DNA of 64,000 bases, taken from Takakia lepidozioides. Its lineage: Eukaryota > Plantae > Bryophyta. A program made the translations under genes and the position numbers. Below the pieces are notes generated by a model that searched no databases, was not told where the DNA came from, and saw only the letters and a program-made list of their open reading frames with translations. The stretch covers positions 43,462,001-43,526,000 of the forward strand of contig CM060732.1 in the NCBI GenBank assembly GCA_030704615.1. Direction: 5' to 3'. Positions 12,657-25,859 of this stretch are shown here, piece after piece (positions within the stretch are counted from its first letter, which is position 1; the number at the start of each line of letters is the position of its first letter).

Positions 12657-13583
12657 ATTTATATTTGTTTGTTTGTTTAGATAGGTAACGCTTCTAAAAT
12701 TCAAGGCCCTTCAACTTTTGGTTGAGGTCCTTGCATTTTAGAAGGTTTCGATCCTTGGCCTCCAACTGGTGGAGGGCATTGACAGGTTCAACTCCTGCCA
12801 ATGATACTTTTCTGCACTTGTTTGAATTGCTTAAAATTGGTTGTGATTATTTATTGTTGTTCATTTGTTGAATTTGTATGCAGCCGAATTTAATTTTCAT
12901 TTGCAGGAAATGAACCGGTTGATATGTACAATGGCCGGATTTATAGCCGAACACACGAAAAAGAAGAAGGAATATTACCGGTTGTAAAACAATATGTAGG
13001 AAATTGACCGCCTGAAGTTACCACTAAGGGGCAGCAGCTGACCCCCCAACCCACTTAGCCGGTTGGTGTTGAAAATGAGCGGCCACTGGCTGGTTCAACT
13101 CAAAATATTTCCCGGACACTGCACCGTCCGTCCCCCTTCACGCGTGCGGAGGGCCCGCCACTATGGCTGGACGGGACGGACGGATTTACGTCGTTTGAAC
13201 CTGCCTTGAAATGGCCCCTCTAATTTACATCCGTTTTGAAGAGGTTGAACCAGCACGACCCACCTTTAGATGTGTACTGAGTGAAGGACAAAGTCATGTC
13301 TTGACTCTTGTACTCCCTAGGCCAGAGCTGCAAGCTGGGCAGAGGCAGGAGAAGAAGAAAGAAAGAAAGATCTCCGTGACGTCGCAACCTGCAGTAGGCC
13401 AATCTGTCTTAAATGGGTGTTGTAGGTGACACCAAGGCAGGAATGTCTCGTACAGAAGGAAGTTGCTTTAAGGGGGACTCTTCATCACTTCTTTTGTGTG
13501 TACAGTTTAGTATTCTGCATGCGCTGAAATGAGCATGTCCTGCTACATTGTAACAATTCGTGACTTGGGAGCGAACATCGACA

Positions 13584-16500
13584 ATGTTGATGACCACCAG
13601 ATTGCCCTACGGTGGGGCGATGGTACCGCGCTCCAGCCAACTCGTGCGTTTCCTACGATGGCTTCCTGCCTCTCTAGTGATTCCTCCGACTTCATCGCTC
13701 GTCATCAGGTATATTTCTGTCCTCTTGGAATGCATTCCAGCAGTTGCAAGCAAAATATCACGTGGAGATTTCAATTTGCAATTTGCTTACATTCTCCTGT
13801 ACCATAGGGTACTTGAAAGAGCTCTGAGCAAGAGTTAAAATGCTTATACGCAGTTAGAGACTGGAACAGCTTTACATAAGGTTTTCTTTTCCAAAGCCTG
13901 GGAATCAATTGACTCTTTGCAAGAATGCTACTTTGGCTGTAACTGTAAGACTCGAAAACTGGGTTTCCCTCAGTTAACCGGTTTTTTTCTTTTCTTTGTA
14001 ACAACTGCTGTTAGACCATCGGCCATAGACTAGACAATTTTTCCGGGATGGCAGTAATATAAGTTCTGGTGTTCTGGTCACTTGGAAAGCTTTGGCCCAA
14101 GTTAAAAGCAGAATGTGAGCAATCAGCAACATTTGTGGGCAGGTGTCAAGGAGGGGTCACAGGACCGGACATCAGCAGACATCAGCAAGAGCTGCAAGCT
14201 GCTGTTGATGTGGTGGAGCGTGCATGCCGCCTATGCCTCTCTGTAAGTATGTCCACCCATCATGTACTTTGCTAGGCTTCTTTTGGGGTAGGAAGATTCT
14301 GGTTGCCTTACTTGTCACAGGAAGTGGGGAGCTAAGGCATGATCATGCATTAAGGATTAGGGCTTCTGCTCAGAAAAGATCTGAATCATCAATGGAGCAC
14401 ACAGCATGGCTACATGCACAAGGTGGCCCTCACTTTTGTAAACTTACATGAACTTAAACTCCTCACCACAATGGCACATCCGAGCTCTTCGAGCACACTC
14501 TTAAGTGAGATTGCTTCTGAACCAGGTGTCTCAGTGGCTGTGATTGTGGAGGTGATTTAGAGGGCGTTGTGCAACAGGTTCGGGCAGGTATGGAGCAGGG
14601 GGTGGCGCAGCTGGAGAAAAGTGATGACACGCCTGTCACTATTGCCGATTTTGGAGTACAGGCCCTTGTTAGCTTAGGTTGGCTCGTTTACCCCCATTTT
14701 CTTTCTTCCAGTTCACAACTGGTTTTAGGGGTGCATTCTCGATCTGGAGCTTAATGCCATACTTCTTGGACAGAGGGCTTGATGCAACTATGAGTATGGC
14801 ACGTGGATATCAGATGTTCTATATCAGAGGAGTTCATTGGATTTTAAATCAGGCTGAACTGTGTACTGAACACCCCAATGTCTACAGTCTTGAGCCAGGC
14901 GTACTGCACTGCAATCTGACCTCTGATCTACCTGTAGGGTTCATATGTGTGTTATCCCCTCCATGAAGCTGGATACAGCTGTTGGTCTGTTGTGACCATT
15001 TTTATATAACTGAAAAGAGATCGAGCCTCAATTGCCTCAGTGTCACATCAAGTACTGCAGGGCCTGTTGTCAGTAACAGCTGGGAGGCAGTATGCGATAG
15101 TCTCACATATTTTTGACAGGTTCATGTGACCTTCATGTGACCTTCCAGTGTTTGTGCTTGCGTCAGTTGACGCTCACGTCCTGAATCCACTGCTGTGTTG
15201 GCATGTAGAACTGGGGAGATTGTTCCCCTCAATACCTTTGGTAGGCGAGGAGGATGCAAGCCAGCTTCGTGCAGAGTATGAGGGAAAGAAAGGAATCCAG
15301 GGGGACAAGAAGGCACTGGTGGAATCTGTTGTGGATGTCATATCCATGGTGGCATCTGCTGAGTTGGGCAGTGTGGATTGCGAAACTGTGTTGGATGCCA
15401 TTGATAGAGGTGCAATGCCTCTATCTCCAATTCACGATGGTCCGGTTGGGCAAAGCTCCTATTGGGTAAGCTCCAACACCTCATGTATATATTGGTTGGA
15501 CAGCAGTCTTGCCCTTAATCAAGCCAAAATTTAGCTCTCTCTCTCTCTCTGACCACAAGGCTATGGCAAACAAAGTCTTATGAGTACATTCTCTATATCT
15601 CATCCAGCTGAGGTTTTCCTGGGTTCTATGTGAGCTCTATGACAATTGTGGATTGAGGTATACATTGGTGGATGAAAACCCACAAACAACTACATCAGGT
15701 CCATACTTCTAACGATGGCGAAGGGCTCCTTGACCTGGCCGATGGTGTATAAGGGGGACTAGATACAGGGGAAACCACTCGTGAACACTCGATCTCCGTA
15801 GGCTGCGTATAGTTTGTCTGAAGCTTTGTAAGGCATCATTTTCTTCACTTTTTAAATCATGTTTGGTTGCTGTTGGTTGGATTTTGGTGTGCTTGCACAG
15901 GTGCTAGATCCCATTGATGGCACTCGGGGCTTTCTCAGAGGTGGAGATGCCTTGTACGTGGTACATTCCACAAAGCTGGTTGCACATAAGTAATGGTTAA
16001 CAATACCTTAAATTCAATGACTGAACAATCAATCATGGTGCTATGCTTGCAGATAGAAGAGGAAATAGCTTACCTTTCTTGCTGCGCTAGCTTATTCCTC
16101 ATGCGTCTTATTCCTCTTTCAGCACGATTGTTAAGCACTTGTGTATGTTAACAAATGGTTTCACTTCCACTAGAACCTTGTCATGGAAAAGATGTCACTT
16201 GACATCTGTATGAAAACACATAACAAAAGCACACAAGGGGTGCTCATGTGCAAGTTCCTCTTCATGTGTTGAGGTGCCTCGAAACACTAAATGGCGTATT
16301 CCTAACTATATAGCCCGTCATAATGGATGTACTTCTATTTCTCAGAAGAGTGTGCTCTCAAGAAACTTTTAGGACAACTCACTCGTTGATGCTCATCCCA
16401 GCAAGTAAGTCCGGTCTTTGCTCCAGCAACCCCACACTTTTTCTGGACATAAGTAGGATGTCAGTCTGGGAGGGAGTCAAGGTGAGGTCTAAGTTAGAAA

Positions 16501-18158
16501 CAAGTATCTGCTGTGTACTCCGGACCACAATCCATCCACCTCAGAGACACCGAAGTCACAAGTGCATACTGAATTTGCCATCTTGAGTCCTGGCTCTTCT
16601 ATAGAAGTTCGAAGGTCTAGTGGTGCACACGTAAATGCAACAGAGTCCCCTTGCTCTGCCCTTTACACCCTTTGAGTATCCGGAGTCTTCTTCCCTTCAA
16701 ATACTGCTGGTAAGCTATATTGAAGTATCTCATTGACCACTGGGGATGGATGGGCAGGTGGGCCTTGCTTTGGTGGAGGAAGGCAAACTTGTACTGGGGG
16801 TAATGGGGTGCCCCAATCTGGCCTTCACCTGCAGTGATTCTGTTCTTCAGATGGCAAATATATACTACAATCCAGAGAAATACAGGGGTGGTGGTGTGTC
16901 TCAACGTGGAATCATCATGGCAGCCAGCTTGGGCGGTGGTTGCTGGGTAAAGCCCATTCAGAAAGGTGCCTCAGCTGTGGGTCAAGCAGTGGCCCAGGGG
17001 CTAATTCGGTGCAGAGTTGATAGCCATGCGTTAGTAGCGGATGCTTGGTTTTGCATCTCTGATCATGAAGTATGGTCCAGATTGCCATTAGCTCAGGCAC
17101 TTGCGACATCCCCTCGTGAGGAGAGACTGGAGAAGCAGGATGTGCAATTGCTTCCACTTTGCTGTGGAAGGTAATTCAATGTTCACTCACCTGCAGACTT
17201 CTGTTGCAAATTGTGTGGCATCTGAATCTTCTTCTTTGGTACTATTTCCACTGATATAGCAGTAGTTTAGTTCCGAAGCTCCAGCGCTCTGCTTCCTTTG
17301 CATGGAGCGATAACATTTTATCAGGTATGATTGCTGTTGGACATGAAGAAAGATGACTGCCATTGTGTCAGTGCTTCTATGCCTCCATGTGCTCAAGAAG
17401 TCTAATCAGCAGTGGTTTCTTATGCAGTCTATGCAAGTACTTTGCTTTGGCCCTGGGGGGAGCATCTGTGTTTATACTTCATGACAGTGGAGTGTCTTCT
17501 CTTAAGGTAAAGTGTTTGACAAGAATCTGTAGTGGTGGACATGTTCAGGAGAATGACCATATCTGAGTACTGTTGTATTGATATCAACAGCACTGCCACT
17601 ATGAGGCCTACATCTCATGTGGTGAAAAGCCATATGACCATACTCAAACTCTTCTTGGACAGTGACTTAACACGGAATCACATGAGAGGAGAGAGGGGCT
17701 GACCCTCTTTCATATCATCAGTAAACTCAGTTTAGCCACTTACAGAGATATCATGGAATGGGGGATGGGGACAGGTGTGGGATCATGCAGCGGGTGTGAT
17801 ATGTGTGGTGGAAGCTGGAGGCCAGGTAGCATTCCTTGCTCTTGTTATGAGTATTACTTAAGCAGACCATGCCTTATTTCTTAGGGCTACAGAGTGTGCC
17901 TTCCAGCAAATGTTCTTCACAGGACGTGTGCCAGTGCTTGTGTGACGTATTTAATTCATTTGCATGTTCAAGTCTGTTCTAATTGTGTGAATGAAATCAC
18001 AGGTTACAGACGCCAGAGGAACAGCTTTGGAGAAGCTTATCGGACATGGGAGACGATCGTTTAAAGTGGAGGGTGGCGGCATTTTAGCCAGCAATGGGTC
18101 TCTCCATCACCTTCTCTTGACACGAATGTGTGGGCATGTTTCTTTTCTTGGTCAATGA
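13584..18158 (+). CDS. PAP-specific phosphatase / 3'(2'),5'-bisphosphate nucleotidase (inositol monophosphatase family, At4g05090-like), with putative transit peptide
   Basis: Exons 13584-13708, 14143-14242, 14578-14677, 15209-15465, 15901-15960, 16758-17170, 17428-17506, 17775-17825, 18003-18158, with GT-AG junctions and consistent phases. Motifs: KSDDTPVTIADFGVQA, GEED, WVLDPIDGTRGF, GCPN, CCGSLCKY, WDHAAG. Confidence 0.92.
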
Positions 18159-18584
18159 CTAGGTGTAGTCTTCTGACTTTCTGGTTGGCGCCGTATGTGT
18201 GTGCCTAGTGATTCTACTATTACTGGCGTGAGTCCTTGAGGTGAATGATATTAGTGTTCGAAAAAGCATAGCCTCATGCAGCACGTACCATTTCAGTTCG
18301 AAGGTAGGAGCAAGTTTTGACTGCAAATGACAGTACACCCTGAGTGCCGGACTTTTTGCCAGCCTCAGGACTTCACAAGCTAACAAATCATGAACATTGG
18401 AACCTTGAATACTATCGCCCCTTGGCATCTTGCCTGATTTTGATTTCTGAGTGGATTTGCACTTGAAAAGAAGAAGAAGAAGAAGACAACCAACGTGGAG
18501 GCAGCCTACGAATATTTTGATCATATTTCTAATAGATATATGTATTGTCTTAATATAGTAATATTAGAACAGATTCACCAAAAT

Positions 18585-20741
18585 GATTTTTTTATTATTA
18601 TTTTATTATTTTATTTTGAGAGAAAGGGGAGGAAGCCCTTTAGAGCTTTATTAATAATTATTGGAAGGGAAAAAAATTAAAACCCTTGGGTGCCCGAAGG
18701 CTGCCATAAGGCGTAACGCACAGGGTCGTGTTTGATACCAGAAGAACCGAGTTCCTCCTGTTTGATCGAATCAAGTCATGCAAGCTCTTGGTAGAACTTC
18801 ATTGCTATCTGCATTTGCTAAGTGCATTAGTTATTTGCCTTTTGCTAATTGCAATTTTGAACCAGCCAGCCTGCTGTGACTTATGACTGAGGCGAAACCC
18901 CCAGGCTTTGAGATAGAATACTGTGTACGCTGGACCCTACAAAAGAACTGCCAAAAGTATGGCCCTGCAGGAAAACCGAGCAAGAAAGCGAAGGGAGTTC
19001 AAACATAGAGAGTGGGAGGGAAGGGGGAAGAAAGCATGAAGAGTGAAAGGACAGTAGTGGCATGAGGACTATCTGTGGAAATGGAGCCTAGTGGCCTTGG
19101 AGGTTCTGATGTGTTTCCAATTAACCTCCGAACTTCCGTATTCAGGAGATGCCGAAGAGGTTGGCACGGTGTCCCTGCGAGTAGTCTGGGAGTCTGGCCG
19201 TCCATACACAGGTGAGATCATTAGTGCAGCGACAAATGATCCAATGCTGTCCCCAGGTTGCTCTAAAGGCAGAGAGGAGGGCCAGATGGCGCTGCGGTTT
19301 CCTGATAGCCTCAGCACACAATAGTGCCCATGCTTTCTTAGAGGCCACCTTGAGATCAAAGAATACTAGAGAAAGAATTGCAGTGGCAGATGTGTTGTCA
19401 TTGCTTAGGGCCCGTGCACATCTGGCTTTCCATAGATTCCATAGAACTGAGTATCTCATTGTTTCGAAAACCGGACAGTCCAAAGTGATATCATTTCTCT
19501 GCTGGTTGTAGTTGAGAAGAAGAGCCACAGGTGTTACTGGCATATTGTCCCAAGAACTGTATAAGACCCGGGCCAAAGGCCAGATGATTGTAGGGGCCGA
19601 ACAGTGTAGGAGACAATGCTCCAGGGACTCTATGGTCCCTATAGAGCAGCACTGGCATAGGAGGCCTTCCGCAAAATTTAGGAATTGCCCAACTTTAAGC
19701 ACCCTGTTTGCTATTTGCCAAAGGAAGGCACTGGCCTTAGCAGGTTTGGATTTTTCCCATATCACCTCCAGATGCATTTCCAATCTTCCTGTGCAAACTG
19801 CATGTGTTCCATTTGTCGTATAATGGTTTAGCATTTAGCATGGCTCTGTATCCTCTCTTGGCTGTATAATCAAAGAAAGGTAGGAGCTCATTATCGAAGG
19901 CCCATTTCCATTCTGCTGGGTCCAGCTGCAGGTAGGAGATGCCACAGCCTCCTATGAGGGCAAAGGTGCTTTTTTTTTAGCAAGTCCAGGGCAGGAGCAC
20001 CCATGGGAGCAGAAGGATTAAATGGTTTTGAAGGGTCAGACCAGAGACAGATGCGAGCAGGAGAGGTAATGGATGAGGGAAGGGTGAGTGAGGTAGAGTA
20101 CACGTAGAACAGGAAGAGAGGTGATGATCCAAAGGTGAGGGGACTGTGGGGCAGGGCCATCCTTGAGGATCTGTTTCCAAGAGTTAGGGATGGATTCAAT
20201 GATAGCAGTGATGCCAGTGCGAAGACGGCGGGGCCCCAGGGAGAGCTGAAGGGAGGCGGGCGTGCTATTCCATAGGTTTAGAACTGTAGAAAAACCCCTG
20301 GTCTCCCAGGCAGCCCATCTTTTGGCTTGGCTTTTCTCCTGCTGGGTCGGGTTGTTTGAGTTCAGGAAAAGATGTTGTCTCATAGTCTCATGATACGAGG
20401 TAGGCTCCTGTTTCCTTAGAAATTGCCTGATGCAATTCCAAGCATCCCAAATGGACTTCCACAACGGGGATCCTTCGGGTTTATGGTTAAATCCTTGAAT
20501 CAACCAGCGAGTAGAGGAGGGCCAGACCGTGCTAGGCATTGGCGAGGATGTGGTAATGGAGGAGACTACCATTAGTTTCCACCAACCACCCTCAGGTCCC
20601 AAAAACCTAGGAACCCACTTGGCAAGAAGGGCCTTGATCTGGGTCTGTGGATCAAGTACCCCCAGACCACCCATTTTCTTGGGGAGACAGATCTGATGCC
20701 AAGATACCTACGGCCTCTTATTCTGCGAGATTGAGGTTGCC
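18585..20741 (-). mobile_element. L1-type LINE, 3' part (end of ORF2 with zf-RVT, 3' UTR, A-rich tail)
   Basis: WHQICLPKKMGGLG, FLWQIANR..C..C....ESLEHCLLHC, WNLWKARC. (AATAA)n-like tail near 18585-18620. Candidate TSD AAAATGATTTT at 18580-18590 and 24859-24869. Confidence 0.85.
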
Positions 20742-23550
20742 CAACGACGCAATGGCGTGAGCCTGGCGCGCGAGCGTACGCTCACACAAGAGTGATGTGG
20801 TGTGAGCCTGCACCCACGCTGACGTGGCGAGAGCCTCTGTCAGCAGGCTGATGTGGCGGCAAATGATGATGTAGCACTGCGCCGTCATCAGCCACGTCAA
20901 CACTAACATGTGTCGCCTATAACCGAGGATGGTCCTATGACCGTGGGATTAATGCAGGGAATCCTTGGCTGAATACAATCAAGACTACCATGAGGCCTAC
21001 ACATGTAGCATCCAACATTGTGCAATTACAAATGTTTCTTTCACTTTTACAATTACGAGGACGAGAAAATATCCTCACAAAGTGTGCGCCATAGAGGCTG
21101 CCACGAGAAGACCAGAGTCCCTCCCCAAATAACAATGAGAGTTAGGATCATCTTCAAAAGATGATTGCAGTGCATAGCGACAGGAAGACATGTAGACTTC
21201 GAACGGTGCAATGATGCATGTGCTTATAAAAGTTGCCACTCAGAGCTCACTTAGTATAGTTGGAAGCATAATGGAGGGATAAGGGACGTCATATCATTGC
21301 ACCGCCGACAATGTTGCGAACGAATTGATTTGAATTGAATTTCCATGACAATGTTGCAAATTGGACATTTCATAGCATGGTCGTCCACATACCACTGGTT
21401 GGCCACAAGTGAGGATTTGTCAGGGGTACCCGAGAGGACGCAGAAGTAGTAGCACATGCATGCAGTTGGGGTTGTCTCGCAAGGGAAAAGTCTGCCTCCT
21501 CCAACATTGCAATCTCCTGACTTGTGAGATGTGTTCCCACCTTGACGGGCCAAACGGTTGGAGGAGCTGGCTTCATCACCACGGAAGGACGCACAGTTTC
21601 ATGCACACATCTGCCACAATCATCTGCGCAGAACCAGAACTTGTGGTTCTTGGCTTCTGGTTGACCGTATGGACGCATCAAACCCATGAAAAGTCGGAGC
21701 AGGAGTCTGGGCACCGCCTCTTGATATAGATGAAGTGCACTTCTCGAAATTAGTTGCCCTGATCATTGTACATTTCACACGAGACCCTGCACTTGTGCGT
21801 TCTATGTGCCAAACGTGGTCCGGGCATGCGGACTCAAGCACATCAAGGGGGTTGTTGCTCTCCTGCACCATTTCAGTGGCACTGTTTGATGTTGGAGCAT
21901 GGTTTTCCACACCTGCAGTTTGTGACTGGTGGTACCGCCATTCACTATGAAGCCATGTTGATTTGCTTTGTACTCAGCTGTTTATGGTTTTCCACACCTG
22001 CAGTTTGTGACTGGTGGTCGTACCACCATTCACTATGAAGCCATGTTGATTTGCTTTGTACTCCTCTGTTTATGGTTTTCCACACCTGCAGTTTGTGACT
22101 GGTGGTACCGCCATTCACTATGAAGCCATGTTGATTTGCTTTGTACTCCTCTGTTTATGGTTTTCCACACCTCCAGTTTGTGACTGGTGGTACCGCCATT
22201 CACTATGAAGCCATGTTGATTTGCTTTGTACTCCTCTGTTTATGGTTTTCCACACCTGCAGTTTGTGACTGGTGGCCGTACCGCCATTCACTATGAAGCC
22301 ATGTTGATTTGCTTTGTACTCCTCTGTTTATGGTTTTCCACACCTCCAGTTTGTGACTGGTGGCCGTACCGCCATGCACTATGAAGCCATGTTGATTTGC
22401 TTTGTACTCCTCTGTTTATGGTTTTCCACACCTGCAGTTTGTGACTGCTGGCCGTACCGCCATTCACTATGAAGCCATGTTGATTTGCTTTGTACTCCTC
22501 TGTTTATGGTTTTCCACACCTGCAGTTTGTGACTGCTGGTCGTACCGCCATTCACTATGAAGCCATGTTGATTTGCTTTGTACTCCTCTGTTTATGGTTT
22601 TCCACACCTGCAGTTTGTGACTGCTGGTAGTACCGCCATTCACTATGAAGCCAAGTTGATTTGCTTTGTACCGAAGCAATGGCACTTCATGCGGCCGAGT
22701 CTCTATCCCCTGACTTTTTATTGCCCGGCCGTAGGTGTAGCCAGCATAGATCCGGAGTTCTTCAATACTCAGACTTAGATGCAGAGGACGCAGGGATACA
22801 TTGTACTGACTCTGAGTCATACTGAACTTTGTTCTTTTAATGTTCTGTTTCATCCTCTTCGGAAAACATTGAATCCCCTTACTCCACTGTAGTTGTTCCG
22901 GCAGAAAAAAAAGAAAATCAAAGAATCCACTTTCATTAAAATGGCAATATGTATGAATCCATCTGACAAACCCCACTCACTCTTGTCATATCCATTGTGC
23001 ATTCATGTACTGTGCATTCATGCGTGCTCCATTCGTGAATGTTTTCCTTTATTAAACATCAAGTATACATTCATCCACTGTACTCTGTAATCCACCCCAC
23101 AAACCTATCACACTCATGTCATATACATTGTGCATTCATCTACAGAGTATTCATGCATCCTCCAGTCATGAATGTTTTCCATTATTCAACATCCATTATA
23201 CATTCATCCATTTTACTATTACCCATCCCACATTCATCCATCTACTTTCATTTTTCGCACTCATCCATCTGTTTATCATCCACTCTACATTCATCCATCC
23301 TTCATTCATCTGTTGCTTTCAGGTGGGATTGACCACGTCCTTTTATTATGTCATCCAGCTTGTTTCCGCGGTGAAGGGTGCTCTTCCGCGGGAATACACT
23401 CCACTTCTTCTTGCGGCGTGGTGACGGGGCCTTCAAGCGCAATGACGTGGAGTGAGCCCCGTGATGTGGCGTTGGCGCAAGGTGACGTGGCGTGAGCGCA
23501 GTTGCGTTCACACACTCTCACGCGACCAGGCTCACGTCGAGGCATCCCTG
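20742..23550 (-). mobile_element. Non-autonomous deletion derivative of MULE A inserted in the LINE
   Basis: 9-bp TSD GAGGTTGCC (20733-20741) / GAGGTCGCC (23551-23559). Imperfect TIRs CAACGACGCAATGGCGTGAGCCTGG / CAGGGATGCCTCGACGTGAGCCTGG. 20742-21898 is homologous to 2685-3185 plus 3603-4237. Confidence 0.9.
21899..22670. repeat. Tandem minisatellite, 9 units of 85/88 bp
   Basis: Units beginning ATGGTTTTCCACACC start at 21899, 21984, 22072, 22157, 22242, 22330, 22418, 22506 and 22594. Confidence 0.95.
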
Positions 23551-24858
23551 GAGGTCGCCCCCAAGACACATTTCTTGACCTCATTGATGAACCTATTGTC
23601 CGGCCCCCAGGCGGAGGCAAAGTACCAAATGCCTGCCATGAGAACCTGATTGGCAGCCAGGGCTCTTCCAGTGATTGAAAGATGGAGAGAGCCCCAGTAG
23701 GCTAGCTGTTTCTTGAGGGCGTGGATGGTTGGGCCCATTCTCTGATCCTCAGTAAGATTGATGCCAAATGTATGCCCCAGAAGCATAGTGGTTTCGCCTT
23801 CTTTCAGCCAAACCAAGCCCAGGTGTAGTCCCCAGTTTGGAGCCGTTCCTATGGATGACTTGGAGGTATCACCCAGAAGTAAGGCCCTGGTTTTGGACCA
23901 GTCGACTCTAAAGCCAGAGACGGCACAGAATTGCATAAGGGATTGTTCAGCAGCAGCTAAGGTGGATGGGGTTGCCTCAAGAAGAAGGAAAGTGTCATCA
24001 ACAAACATGGAATCCTTGACCTCACACCAATCATTGGTTCTCGGATTTTGAAGCTTCAGGCCCCTAACAGCCCTGTAATTGTCAAGCATATAACCTAGGG
24101 CATCTGCCACAAACAAGAATAGGAAGGGGGCTAGCGGGCAACCCTGCCTAACTGATCTCTGAAGCGGGAAGGCTTTGGAGAGATGACCATTGACCGTTAC
24201 CCTACTTGAGGCTCCCTCTAGAAGGATAGAAACCCATTGGCAAAAACTGGGTGGGAGACCAGCTTTCCGAAGCACTGCGAGTAGAAAGTTCCAGTCCACC
24301 TTGTCAAATGCTTTCTCAAAGTCGAGAAGACATAAAGCCAGGGCCTGGCCTGACTTGGTAGCGAAAGACGAAGCTTCCTGAGCAAGGAGGACATTGTCCA
24401 ACATGTATCTCCCTTTGATGAAGCCTGATTGCCCAGTTCTTATCATGGTCGGGAGCAGCGGTTGGATTCGAAGAGCAAAGGTTTTAGCTATGATTTTGTA
24501 GGCAACATTGAGTAGCGTGATTGGTCTGTAGTTTCCTATGGAGGCCCTATCTCCTTTCTTGAAAAGCAAGGTTATTACCCCCTGTGACATGGATTGAGGC
24601 ATAATTCCAGAGGCTTTAATCCCGTTGGCCATATTGCAGAAGTCGTCCGCAATAGTTGTCCAGACTGCTTTATAAAATTCGACCGGCATCCCATCAATCC
24701 CTGGGACCTTGTTATTACTCATGAGGTCAAGAGCTTTCTTCAGTTCAAGAGCCGTGAATTCAGTCTCCAGGGCTGGGGAGTCATGTGCCTAAAGTTTTTG
24801 CGGGAAGTATTGAAGACAGTCACGTAGGTGGAAGTCATAGTGAGGGTTTTTTGGGTCT
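23551..24858 (-). mobile_element. L1-type LINE, reverse transcriptase part (5'-truncated)
   Basis: ORF 23532-24722 has PGIDG..VEFY, NYRPITLLN..YK, QSGFIKGR, LDFEKAFD, RQGCPLAP, FVDD. It rejoins the 3' part across the MULE TSD. Confidence 0.9.
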
Positions 24859-25823
24859 AAAATGATTTTCAAACTTCAGTTTCTTTTTTTCTTTAGGCAG
24901 TTTTAAGAATGTGATGACAATGACGTGGTTGATGATGAATGATGTGACAACAATGCCCAAAAAAGAAGTTTTTTGGGCGGGCAGATTAAAATATATTACG
25001 ATGGTGACATGGCAGCAATGCCCCAAAAAGATTTTGCAAAATTAAGAGTTTAGAGCTTAATAAATGACGATGATGATGTGGCTGACGATGAGATGACATT
25101 GACACTATGGCACCCTATTCCTGCGCTATAATAGAACTAGTCTTCGACTTCAGTCATCACTAGAATATCACCGGGGTTGCGCCTTGCTCTAGCGCATTAT
25201 CAATGATGACTTCTGAGAACAATGTAATCTTTTATTGGACATTTTTTATGTGGAAGAAAATAGGAATAATGTAAGAACTTTAATGCATGCGTGCGATTTT
25301 GATGGTACTTTTGCCGAATTCAGGCAGCGTCAACTCCTTGCGTTTTGTTGAGAAAAAAAGCGTATTGATTAATCAATCAGTTATTTAACCCTCGCACATT
25401 CCCTTGGTTACGGCATTAGAAGGGTTTTAGTTTCTAAATGGAAGACAATAGCCCTTTATGGTGAAGTGACACCATAAATTCTCTATGCTTCGACAAGAGT
25501 TTTTTTCATTTCAATCTTTCTTACATGGTTCAATATCTCTTTATATTAAGTTTAAAATAAAATATTCAACAAATCTTAAAAATCTAGATTATATATAATT
25601 GTTATAAATTTAAAAAATAATAATTTAAAAATTAATACATATTCAATCAGTTAATGGTACTGTTATTTTTATAGAGATAAGAAAAAACTCTAGCTGGTGA
25701 TAAGTAACTAAGAGCCACTTCATTTATGGTGATTGTTTCCTGTAAATAGTGGGTTCTATAGAGTTTTTTCTAAATCTTAACAAGCAAATTTAAATATTGG
25801 GGCTTCATTCCCTTTTTAAAAAG

Positions 25824-25824
<1 letters not shown>

Positions 25825-25858
<34 letters not shown>
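25825..25858. repeat. (TA)n microsatellite
   Basis: Direct observation. Confidence 0.9.

Positions 25859-25859
<1 letters not shown>

Larger units (their letters stand above)
9320..13121 (+). mobile_element. Full-length hAT DNA transposon
   Basis: Perfect 8-bp TSD CACCGTCC at 9312-9319 and 13122-13129. Imperfect TIRs CAATGAACGGGAA / CAGTGTCCGGGAA (rc). CCGG-rich subterminal regions. Internal transposase. Confidence 0.92.

Noticed and set aside
21899-22670. Regular repeat array resembling CRISPR
   Set aside because: Units are head-to-tail and near-identical, with no unique spacers and no cas genes, in a eukaryotic context. Unit lengths are not multiples of 3, so it is not a coding repeat either.
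25100-25200. Helitron-like 3' ends (hairpin plus CTAG-T) on either strand
   Set aside because: The hairpins are weak, and there is no second copy or 5' end in the window.
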